In this document: in pieces, positions 9,490 through 20,165 of the stretch
Position numbering within the stretch: the first letter of the stretch is position 1
How the letters are laid out: every line of letters starts with the position of its first letter
Source of the DNA: Bugula neritina
Taxonomy: Eukaryota > Animalia > Bryozoa
DNA: 64,000 bases
Assembly (NCBI GenBank): GCA_964035545.1
Contig: OZ037767.1
Span: 13,067,801-13,131,800 of the forward strand
Reading direction: 5' to 3'
Made by a program: the position numbers and the translations under genes
The notes under the pieces: generated by a model
The model's input: the letters and a program-made list of their open reading frames with translations, nothing else
Database searches by the model: none
Told to the model about the DNA's origin: nothing

Positions 9490-11049
9490 TGACATCATAC
9501 TTATAAAAAGTATACTTTGATAGCCGCCCCACATGTTGGAAGTTCTTTTCAAAATAATTGTTGATTTTCTATCAAATGTAAATTTTTTCTCTTTTAACAA
9601 AACATCATAATTTTCCTTACTAACAGTGATGCAAAATTTGTCACAAAAACTCATGTTTTTTATTCAAGCTTCAACAACACTTCCTGAAAAAGCCTGAACT
9701 TTAGAAAAATATATAAATCTTCATCTTTATTTGTTAAAAACATATCGGTCCATTTTCATTAGCAGCTAGATACATAATTATATATTCTGTTTCAATCCAG
9801 AAATGGCCTCCAATTGTCTTTCACTCATTACACTTGTATGATGGGCCACACTGCTTTTTTTAAAACTAGAGAGTTTTGGGAACCTACATAGTTTGTAAAA
9901 ATTTCTGACCGCATGTTCTAATCACCCAGCTAGCCACAAAACCTCTTCCAACTTTCTTGATAATTTCGTAGTTGTCTTCTTCCAAATTATGTCTAAATTA
10001 ATTATCCTTAGTTATTAATGCTTTTTTCTGTTGTATATAAGTAAAATTGTCTGCTGATACTCATAACTCCGCTTTTTCACTTTTTTGGGTTTTTTCACTC
10101 TTGGTATGTTTTGTGAAATTCGGTATTTGGAAGAAAGTAAAACATGGAAAAAGAACAAGCACTGGATCACTTCAGTTGATCTATGTTATTCTTGCATCAG
10201 CAGTATATATTAATAATATATGTGAACCTATGTCGTATTATAATTGTTTTATCATTTTACATATCATGGCTACTTTCACAAAATATGTCATTAGCAGCAT
10301 GACAGTTTTTTTATGAGCCCTGACGAATAATTCAATTAAAGTTGTACGATTGAGCATCAAATTAAAATTGAGTTATATATTAAATATAAGCAATGTTTAT
10401 AAAGCAAAGCTCTTGGTTAAATGAATCCTTTTTTTATTATATTAACATTCAATTTACAGTCTAATATAGTTTAGCACAGTACCTTACATAAATTTACAAA
10501 GGGGATACCCACAAACTTTTCCATAATTAAAAATATATTATGTAACTAATGCTTAAGTCATCCATTAGAAAAATATATCTGGCGGTGCCTTATTCTAAGT
10601 TCATTAGCACGTACTTCTATTTCTTACAAAACCAACTAACTTCTAAATTACTAAAAGCTAGAACAAGGTGTTCTATAGACTGATGGAGTAATTTTGAAAC
10701 TTGAAACACCTGGTGCCATTCTAAGTCTGAGCATGCAGGTTGTAGACAGACTAATGTATTTTAGCTAAGGGTTACCTCGACAAGTATTGCCATTATAAAA
10801 ATATTTTCTATCTAATTTTAGGCGAATTTTTTGCTATCACAACAGAAAGTATGGATGAAGCCTAGTCGATGGCAATAATAGTTTCTCCACCAAATTCGTA
10901 AAGAATTGCTTATGTTTCAACTAGTCATTTTGTGATAAGTATAACAAACAAAATTTGATTACTGCTTTCAATTCCATTGAATTCACAACATCCTTTTAGA
11001 CCCTTATATAGAGTCTGATTCTGGTAGGCCCCTACAACACCTACTTCAA

Positions 11050-12090
11050 ATGTTGAACTCAATCTTATACTACATATATGAATCATAGAAATCTAGAATC
11101 GACCACAGACCGCTGTGTTTCACACCTCCACTTCCTTAAAATGCTATTATTTCTAATGAAATACAGGAACTTTAAAAAATGAAAGCTGTTTCTAAGAGTG
11201 GTTTGTGTGGCATTAAAAAAATCATTGTAGTGGCTCATTTGTATTTTATTAGCTCTTCTGTGATTTATCAAGAAACCAGCTTTAAGAAAGAGATCAAGGC
11301 ATGTTATATGATAACTAAAAATAGAATAGCTGTCAATGCTTTGAACCAAAAATTTCTAGTCAACTTCAGCAAATTCTTAGCAATTGGCGACAAGAAAAAA
11401 GTTGCGGTACTTTTTTGTGTGCAGTATATGGTATAAACCACTAGAGTGGAGTTTTGCCGTAGCTGTTACATATGGAAACTACATTTAGCTAGGATTTTAA
11501 GAACACGGCATAATTCATAGACAACTAAAGTTAAGTGCCTAGATTTAGACCATGATAAGACGCATACATATACGCATGATTTCATACGTAAAACATTTTA
11601 TGAACATTGCTAGGTCAATCGTATTATAATAAAGTCACAAGACGCTGATGTATTCATCATGAGTCTCAATATTTGCAATATATTACACTTTGAAAAGTCA
11701 CATTTTTTTCACAGAACGTGGTTATTATAAGATACATTTAAATGTCAATTTTTCTGCAAATAAACTTGGATAGGGGTTGCGTCCAGTACTTTCTGATGTT
11801 TATGCTCCATCCGGTTGTGATTTTACTAGAACTTTTTACAGAAAAGAAAAGTGCACATTCTACTCTTTCTTGAAAAACACCTTAAGAATGAGCTGAAGTC
11901 TTTGATCTGCTTGGAAAGTACTTCTAGTGGTTCAATAAAATTTGCAGCCCTCCCCACACAAAATGAAATTATGGTGCATGTAAGCAAGGTATCAGGGAGT
12001 CATCTAGAGAAAAGCAAAAATTGCTTCTACCAATGCACCATCTCCAAGACATTATAGGTAGATTGTTGAAAATGGCAGCATCACTGTAAA
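11050..12090 (+). mobile_element. Highly decayed relic of an XPG/FEN1-nuclease-containing DNA transposon ORF (probably Academ family) in M1 intron 1
   Basis: Motif remnants occur in the expected order across frames: IIIKSQDADVFI (~11625-11660), YAPSGCDFTRTFYRKEK (~11800-11850, H3TH-like GCD), ALPTQNEIMVH (~11945-11980). There are many stops and frameshifts. The family assignment is from recalled motifs, not a search, and the ends are undefined. Confidence 0.45.
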
Positions 12091-12773
12091 ATGGCATTCA
12101 TGGTTTTAATCGTTTAATTTTAAAATATGCATTTTTAGGATCTTGTTCACTTTTACAGATATTTATTGATTGCCGCCAGATCAATATGAAACTCATTAGT
12201 CAGTTTTCAAAAGATTTTAACATTCATCCATGATATAATGTTTAAAAATTCAACTCTTTTACGTATAGACATAAAAAGCCTTCAATCTTGCATAACTAGC
12301 TTAGTTCATACACTTATTATGTATGATTCTGCCAAATTAAATGGGTCATTCATATAACAAACACGTCTTTCTATTGACCACTTGGTTTTGAATAGAGATT
12401 AGTGTTTTGTAATTTATACATTCAGAATCAGTGTAGAGGTTTAGTGAAAAGACAATCAATTTTGGTATCTGCACCAAGTAGTTGCCTATAGATGGCTAGT
12501 TAATATTGGATACTATTTTGCATGAAATGCACTCCTACTTTAATTGCATATCCAATATGTATATTTGTTTTGTCCAATCACTCTAGTTTGAGTAGAGATA
12601 GAATTCTAAAGTTTGTGAATTTAAAATCAGCACAAAGTTTTGATTTAGAAACAACTCTTTTTCAGTGGCCTACTAAAAAATATGATAATGTATTTTTTCT
12701 CAGCATTAATTGAGAGGCTGCTTTTAAATTATTTGTGTTAGTTCGTTTACTAATGCTTTCGTATGCCCTAGAG

Positions 12774-13119
12774 CAGGGCTGTCCAACAGGCAGTCCTGGG
12801 GCCAGATGTAGCCTCCAGCCTACATTTATGTAGCCCCCAAAGGCATAAAGCTAAAATTAGTTTTTACAGTCTACATGGATTAAAGTGAAAAACCAACTAT
12901 TAAATGTCTTATTTATACACATATATTATGCTACAAAACATGCAGCCTGCATTAACTATTGGGACTTTATTGTGTAATGATTCATAAGAATAAGGAATGA
13001 ATTAATTTGAAAAATACTGATGTTGTGGCCCCCAGCACAAGCTAAAATGTACAATGTGGCTCTCCCCATAAAATATTCCCTTTCAGTGGCACTTGATCTA
13101 AAAAGGTTGGACACCCCTG
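12774..13119. mobile_element. Non-autonomous hAT (Charlie-type) MITE, 346 bp
   Basis: TIRs are CAGGGCTGTCCAAC ... GTTGGACACCCCTG. The 8-bp TSD is CCCTAGAG (12766-12773) / TCCTAGAG (13120-13127), with the central CTAG typical of Charlie targets. Confidence 0.85.
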
Positions 13120-13418
13120 TCCTAGAGCCTAAACAATTTTTTATTCAGTCAGATATAACTTTTGTCAGAAAAATTTTCCTTCAATAAATTTGAAACTTAT
13201 CAGTTTTTAACAAAAACTAGGTGCATGCAATTAGTTGTTATATTATAATTAATTAGTCAGTTTTGCTGTAATCACCTAATTCACATCTACTTTATATTTA
13301 CACTTTAAGCTTTAGTGTATAAACAGCATATGACCTATTTATTTATCTCCCACCTTATCTCACAGCATGAAAGTTTTTCAAACACAAAAATGCTATGTTG
13401 TATAGAAATAATATTCAC

Positions 13419-13550
13419 CTTTTTCAGCCGATAAATACTCCCTCCTATTACTTCGGCTTCTTTTTATAATTTTATGAATTTCAAAGCTTACTAGCTCACA
13501 AAATAAACGAGTGCTACCCTATGAATATCACTCAGTGTTTTGTTGTACTG
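13419..13550 (-). other. Predicted non-coding exon 1 of M1 (5' end approximate)
   Basis: Donor CGGCTGAAAAAG|GTGAAT at 13419, homologous to CAGCTGAGAAG|GTGAAT (40980) and CAGCTGAAACAG|GTAAAT (58996). Confidence 0.6.
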
Positions 13551-13655
13551 GTTAACAAATGTGTTGAAGCAAGTTTTAAACATATAAAAATCTAGTAGGC
13601 TAGGTTAAGTTCATTGCTTTCATTCGAACTTACAATAACTTTTATTGTCCTGCAG

Positions 13656-13665
13656 TGATTGGCTG
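13656..13665 (-). promoter_or_regulatory. CCAAT (NF-Y) box of M1 proximal promoter
   Basis: CAGCCAATCA on the minus strand. The identical 10-mer lies 212-242 bp upstream of the exon-1 donor in all three paralogues. Confidence 0.65.
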
Positions 13666-14871
13666 TATTACAATAAGGTAAAAGTCTCTTTCATTTTATA
13701 TAGCTTGGCTTTGTAGCACAGTGATACTAGCAGTGGCTATTTGCCATTGTATATAAATATAACTTGACTAGTCATACAGGTTTTTAGTTTCTAAAAACTC
13801 GCATAGCAACCTTTTCACCTTTCTCTCAAAAACTGTTTACATAAACATATATTTTTATGCTTCTACTTAAAATAGTTTTCGGGAATTAGAAAACAAGTAT
13901 GCAACTTAATCTGTGCAGAGCATAGCTGCTTTAGATATGACAAGTACAAACCAAAGTTACCTTGGCATGGAATGGAGAAAGTTTTTTTTTTTATGCCAGA
14001 ATGCTGTCACAACTTTATAGCAATCAAGGGCCTTTCATAAAGCATAGTACATAATACAATAGTAAATAACATGTTTAAAAAGCTCACTCTAAGAACATAC
14101 AGAACTCATACTAGATTGTTTACACCTAATGGTAACACACTATGTTTTGATAACATTATACTTCATATTATAAACTGAAGTGCTCAGTTTTATATCAAAT
14201 GTAAAAATTTCCTACTTTTTATAAAGCATTAGATCTACATAATTATGGTAGAGGTAGCCCCTGTTTATGGATGCCACTAATAGCACCAAGTGCTATGACC
14301 CAGGCTTTTCTGCCCGCTTAATTTCTTTAAAATAGTTTTTATGTGCCTATAAACTTCATTCTAATGCTACACAAGCAGGGGACATAACTCTAAATCTTCT
14401 ACAAGAGCATTGACATAATTATGATGCAATTTTAGCCACATAATTTTTCTAATACAGTGAATGACCTTGTCTGGGTTGGCCAACAGTTCATGTTACTTCG
14501 TTGTCCTTTGTAATTACAAGTACAGATATACAATTTCACTTTGCAAAAGACATTCCATCTATAAATTTGCTGCATAAAAGTAGGTCAAAAATAATGTATC
14601 AATGTAATAAAAGGGTGAGAGTGTTTTGTTGAATCAGCAAATGCAAATTCAGAACATTCATGTTAGGCTGTCATACAACTTTGAAAGATACAGATTAGTA
14701 AAACATGACTCTCCATGCAATTCGCAAAAAAAAATAATATGGATTAAACACTGTCTATGAATTCATACTGCTTAAATATACTTCTATATGTATATTTCTA
14801 TATGTCTATCACTCTATTATATTTTCAGCAATTTTAATTTAGTGCAACCTAAGTGAATAAGCCCATGTAGA

Positions 14872-14990
14872 ATAGTTACACAATTGATGCTTTGTAGGTC
14901 TCTAACAAAAACAAACTAAACCTTTTGTTGGTTTATTTATAGATGCTATATAAATGCAAGCCTCTCTTTTCACACCAGTTCGTAACACAA
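14872..14990 (+). promoter_or_regulatory. Conserved upstream element copy 1: Sox/Fox-like sites + TATA box + initiator (+ strand)
   Basis: ACAATTGATGCTTTGT, CCTTTTGTTGG, TATATAAA at 14947, and CCAGTT with its A at 14977 (30 bp spacing). Paralogous to 42457-42575 and 61935-62055. Confidence 0.6.
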
Positions 14991-16735
14991 GCATTCTGTT
15001 TACAGCCAGCTCCACATCATTGTTTCTGTAATAAATACATTGTAGCTAGTAAAATAACTTTTATAGAGTTGTTGATATTTAACTAATAATAGAACATTAG
15101 TTCAAATCAACCAATTTTTTTCTACATATATTGGAAAATAATATAACAATCTAAATTTTAAGAATTTCTTGAGTCAAGTCTAATTCTTTGAATAAAATGG
15201 TATTTGGCTTTTCTTAGTACAAACCACCAAATTAGGTCCAAAAAAAAAGTTAGTTCAAAATTCCTGAACAGCAGTTATTTGAGAGATTTTCATCTGCTGA
15301 GTTCAAATATGTCTAAGGGAAAATTTTTTGGAGACTTAGAAACACTAAAGTCCTGAATTTTGAGCAAGAAGTGTAAGCATGCAGAATATTTTCACGGAAC
15401 ACAATTAGCTATTCCTTGAATTTGACCTATATTTTGACTATTAAATGAAAACATTGATATTATAGACTATAGAGTGTGTTTCATTTGAAAGGTTCGAAAC
15501 TGCACTATTGTTATAGTTTACTCTTGTGGGGGTTATCAATGTATAATCAATTTAGCACATTGTTTGTAATCCAAATCAACTTCGCAATGTAATTATGTGA
15601 GGATAGTAATCCAGCGAACCACCCCATCATTCATATGATAATGAAATCAAGTACAGAAGTCTGTATGAAACATAGTATTTTTGATATTATAAGTTTACTG
15701 TAATAGTGATGCAAAAATGTCAGTTAAACCTGTATTTTTGACAACTAATTTAAAAAAGCACATAGAAAATGTAGCAAAATTTTAAATATACCTGAGTAAG
15801 GTTAAGATTTATTTCCTAAACTTTTATTGATCGTTCAAGAAAGAAAAATTATATATTAGTAGCTAGATTTGTATGAAATAGACAAAGGTGACTAATTCAA
15901 CGTGCAGTTGATAAGGTAAAGCGACCAATTGATATAATGTTACAGATACAGTTAGTAAATTTTTCTTCTATTGATGAGAAGCTAACAGAAATTTGAAACT
16001 TGTTTAATTTCCAGTTATGCTATTTTAACATGAACATTTCTTTACTTGTTGTACTTAATGGCAGCAGGGATCACCCCTTAACCATCTTAAAAAAGATCCT
16101 ACATGCAGCATTCAAAGCATTCAAGTCGAGATATGATTATAGTATCAGACACAAGTGACAAGTTGAGAATAAACAGATTTAAAGAGCCACCAAATAAATC
16201 AGGTTTGAAAGATTCACTGCTGATTGTCATTGTGGTTCTTTTTCAGTAACTATTATTGTATTTTATTTATCATTATAAATAGCTTTAAGCACTCTATACA
16301 TTCAACTTTTAGAAAGTGCAGTTGAAAGGTGGTTGTTTTGATTTTAGAAGTAGTCTAATTGCCTCAAATAGTTTTTTCGAGTTAGAACTTGCTTCAATAT
16401 GAAAACCCCATCCAAAGTGTCAAACGAAAACATAGAAATTCATGCTATCCAAAAACCTACATATCTGATTGTAACAGCAGAATTTAATATTCTCATATAC
16501 ATTGTGAATATAAAATAATTTGGACATGATTGAAGTTATAAGCTTTAAATTATATGATATGGCCTTAAAACATGCAGCTACATATAAATTGTAAGCTACA
16601 TTCACCGGCTTTCCATGGATCAATCTCAGATCGATCTCCATCGATCTGAGCTAGTTGGTCTGTAGAGCTCAAACTCAGATCGATCCCAAGGCAATAAGAC
16701 CATGGAAAGACGAAAGACAGATCTGAGAAGTAAAA

Positions 16736-17479
16736 CACGGGATAGTTAAGGGCATCCTCACTAGGAATATCATAAATTTCTCTCAAAATGTAGTTTAGGT
16801 TCTTGAATAATATTGCTCTGCGGGTGGCATGGGTGATGCATACTTTCAATTGTTTAGCCTAAGATCAAACTACAACCAATAAGCAGCAACCTTCATTATC
16901 TATCAACATTCCATTATGGGTGCTATATAAACGAAGTACAAAGCAAGCTATTCATTAAGGCCTGCCAGCTAGCAAGCCTGTAATTAGTATGTACGTGCTA
17001 ACATCTTTTCATTCCTACGTGCTCATTGAAGCTTGAAGTGCTGCACGCTGCTAAATATCCATGAAAAAATAGAGCATTTTTAGTGTATAAATCACCAATT
17101 TATGAACAATCTAGAGGAGTTAGTGCAAAAAGAAAAAAATTTGCACTGGAGAAATATCTCAGGATTCCTGCAGTGCAATTTTCATTCAGATATCATGTTT
17201 TGCTGCTGAGATATTTTACTGATATTGAAAAGTCAGCTTTTCAGGCAAAATTGGCCAAAATTGGGCAGTTTTTTGTCTATAACTTTGCAAAAAAATGAAA
17301 ATTAAAATTTCCAAAAAATTTGCACTGGGGAAAAAAAAGATCTACAACAGAGTTTTTAAATTTTGACTCTAGCACAATTAGTTGAGATTTTATTTTACTG
17401 GTACTGAATTCTTATATGATTACAATGCAAACCTCAGCAAGGCAGTTGCAGCTAAAAGGTTGCCCTTAACTATCCTGTG
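16736..17479. mobile_element. Nested non-autonomous element with CACGG termini (Chapaev/CMC-like), 744 bp
   Basis: TIR CAC(G/A)GGATAGTTAAGGGCA(T/A)CCT at both ends, flanked by AAAA/AAAA. Confidence 0.7.
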
Positions 17480-17725
17480 AAAAAGATTGTTTGCTAAAAT
17501 GTCTTCGGCTAATAAAAATGATAACTTATTTTTAATTACTAAGCAAAATACTTAATAATTACGATAGCCCCATTTTCAGATGCCAAAACTTTGACTTTCA
17601 GTACTATAATTAACAAAACTCAATTATATAAAATTATAGGCAGTAGAAGGTACAAAAAATAGGAGCATTCAAATTAAATTTAAATGGCTAGTAAAACTTA
17701 CTTTCATTAGCTATTTGCTGTGTAA

Positions 17726-17811
17726 CCCTTTCATGCATGAATTTTTTTGAGTCGCTTTGTACTCTATATAAGTAGTGTCCACATATGTGGACACTGCGCA
17801 TCATGAAAGGG
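17726..17811. mobile_element. Nested 86-bp piggyBac-like micro-MITE
   Basis: GTAA|CCCTTTCATG ... CATGAAAGGG|GTAA, with an internal perfect 22-bp palindrome AGTGTCCACATATGTGGACACT (17774-17795). Confidence 0.65.
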
Positions 17812-20113
17812 GTAATCTCAAGCCTAACAATCCTGTAAGTTTATGAATAATCTGCAAGACAGCTATTAATTTTATATAAGCTGTCAAGTTGAAAAATTAA
17901 AATTGATTATCATAAATTGGCCAATTTACTTCACACTAAAAGATTTTCTGTGTATAGTTTATAGCCGGTGTTAATTTTTAGGCTGCAACAATCTTTTTTT
18001 GACAGCAATAGCTTTAATCATTCGGATGGGTGAACAAATTAAACTATTCAAGTATCTTTTACTTAAGAGGAGGCAACTCCGTAAGAGTGATCTGACACTC
18101 TCATGGAAAAATGATCGATCTGAGCACATTTCTCAGATCGATCCACGGAAAGCTGGTGATTACAACTAGCAAAATAAAGTGATGAAAGTAAAGTGGTAGT
18201 GAAGTTGACGTTTGGTTACACAAAAGCATCTTACTATGCTAAACAAAAATATAACAATGAGCATTGAGTACATTACATTGAACAACTGACCAGGGTTGTG
18301 GATAGACTCTATTGTGTTAAGTATTACACTATTATGCAGTCAGATAGTTAGAATAATAGCTTTTTGAACATAAAGAATTTATATTTCAGCCCACATGTTT
18401 TTTTAAACTTCAATGATGGCAAATGTGTTGACAATAATTAGTTTGTGTATTGCTAATTTCTATAGCATGTAAAAGTATATAAATAAGATTAGGATGTACA
18501 AGAAAAGAGTATATATTTTACCCTTCACCAAAATCTATTGCATGTGAATAGCAATACACAACAAAAAATTATTCTTGAGTTATCAGATTTAGCGAGTTAT
18601 ATGACTATTAGATGCAGTGATTATGGTATTTTATTAATAGTAATGCATCAGCTTCGACTTGTATAACTCCTACGTGGCTATATATTGTAGCTTTTATATA
18701 TATTTCCGTGAAACCTGGCTTCAATATCCTTTAAAGTGAAACGAATAACAATATGGCTTTAATTCGCCCTCTAGTACCGTTGCAACTTGTAAGTTTATAA
18801 AGCTAAAAATCTCTGACAACTGTTTCAGCTTTCGAAAGCCTATTGCTTCAAATTTGTTATTTTACAGTAACATAATCAATGGTATATTTATTTTCACAGC
18901 AATATATAAAACATTATTTTAAACAAACTACACAAAACAAGTGCTTAATGTGGAGTGTAAATTACAAAAGAAAATGCATCCTGCTATTGTTTGCTGATTT
19001 ATGGTTCAGATTGCCTAGATGCTCACTTCAAAGTTTATAATCTTTTGTCTTTAGCTTGCTACTATGTTATTGCTGTGGATATTTTGATGGACAACTAGGG
19101 AGGCCACCGATACTCAATATTCAGCTATAATATTATAATAGCGGTAGCAAATCCCTATTTATTGTTTTGTTCCAAGTGCAAGCAATTTCTTGTTTAAAAG
19201 CTGAGTTATAAACACAAAAGTTTACCTGACAGAATTCACGGCACTAAACTATATTATTTAAAAAACTGTTAATAATGCCAGCGTGTAGTTTAAAGATCTC
19301 AAACCTTGCACTGTTAGCTTTTGTTTTCTACTGTAATAGTTTAAATTTCTTCATTGTGTTTTACTTACAATGACTTTTTAATGGGAAGATAAGTCCAATT
19401 TTTGTCGATTTTTAGCCATAGCTTACATTCAGATTTACAATGAGTGATATAAGCTATGGTAATTTGGTAAAGCATCTTTGTTTGGTAATAGCAAGAATTA
19501 TTTCAAGAAAATAGTGTTGTATCCTAGTGGCTTGTTTTATTATTTCAGAGTTGTCTTCTCCTTCATGCTCAGATAATGGTTGTTAATGAAAAGTTTGCAA
19601 AAATGAGCAGTTATGAAATTTGCTTTTCAATTTGTATTGCAAACATGGTTTATATTTGAGACTATGAAACTGGTTTTATTATAAGCTTATATTTTTTTTT
19701 AAATAATAAAAAAATAATGAATCAAGATACAAAAGCCATTTGCAGCATAGTTTGATTTTTGAATTTCTCAACAGCCATGAAATGTATGCGATATTTGCTA
19801 ATAGATTTGCACTGTGAAACTAAAATAGCATGATACAGAAAATTTATAGCTTTAGAAATAATTTTTAAAAAAAGATATTATAATTGACGTATTTAAATTA
19901 TAAGTGACACGGGCTAAAACGCTTCATGAAGAAAGTGTTAGATCCATTTAGTAGTCAAGTAATAAATACTCTAAGTAGTCTATTGTAAAATTATAAATAG
20001 TGTTGTTTTTAAAACACAGAGAAATGGTTTAACAAAAATAGAGTGAAGAATTAAAATAGTTGTGTTAAATCATGGTTAAGGCAAACCCTAAGAAAGTTGT
20101 CCATTAACAAACT

Positions 20114-20165
20114 TTAAGCATTTGAGTCACTTCTCCAAGTTCTATGAATATCCTCTGGTTGATAC
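20114..20165 (-). CDS. M2 last coding exon (YQPEDIHRTWRSDSNA*)
   Basis: TTATTGCAG|G acceptor; 52 nt to TAA; same length as the homologues at 49360-49411 and 46569-46620. Confidence 0.75.

Larger units (their letters stand above)
16603..18158. mobile_element. Non-autonomous CACTA/CMC-like DNA transposon (1556 bp including nested inserts)
   Basis: TIRs of about 28 bp: CACCGGCTTTCCATGGATCAATCTCAGA versus the reverse complement of the right end, CACCAGCTTTCCGTGGATCGATCTGAGA. 3-bp TSD ATT/ATT. Subterminal GATCGATC(TGAG) repeats. Absent from the paralogous intergenic region (~42850-43150). Confidence 0.75.

Noticed and set aside
15062-15475. ~400-bp M1-specific insert flanked by TATAGAGT direct repeats
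   Set aside because: No convincing terminal inverted repeats or tail, so it cannot be classified as a mobile element from sequence alone.
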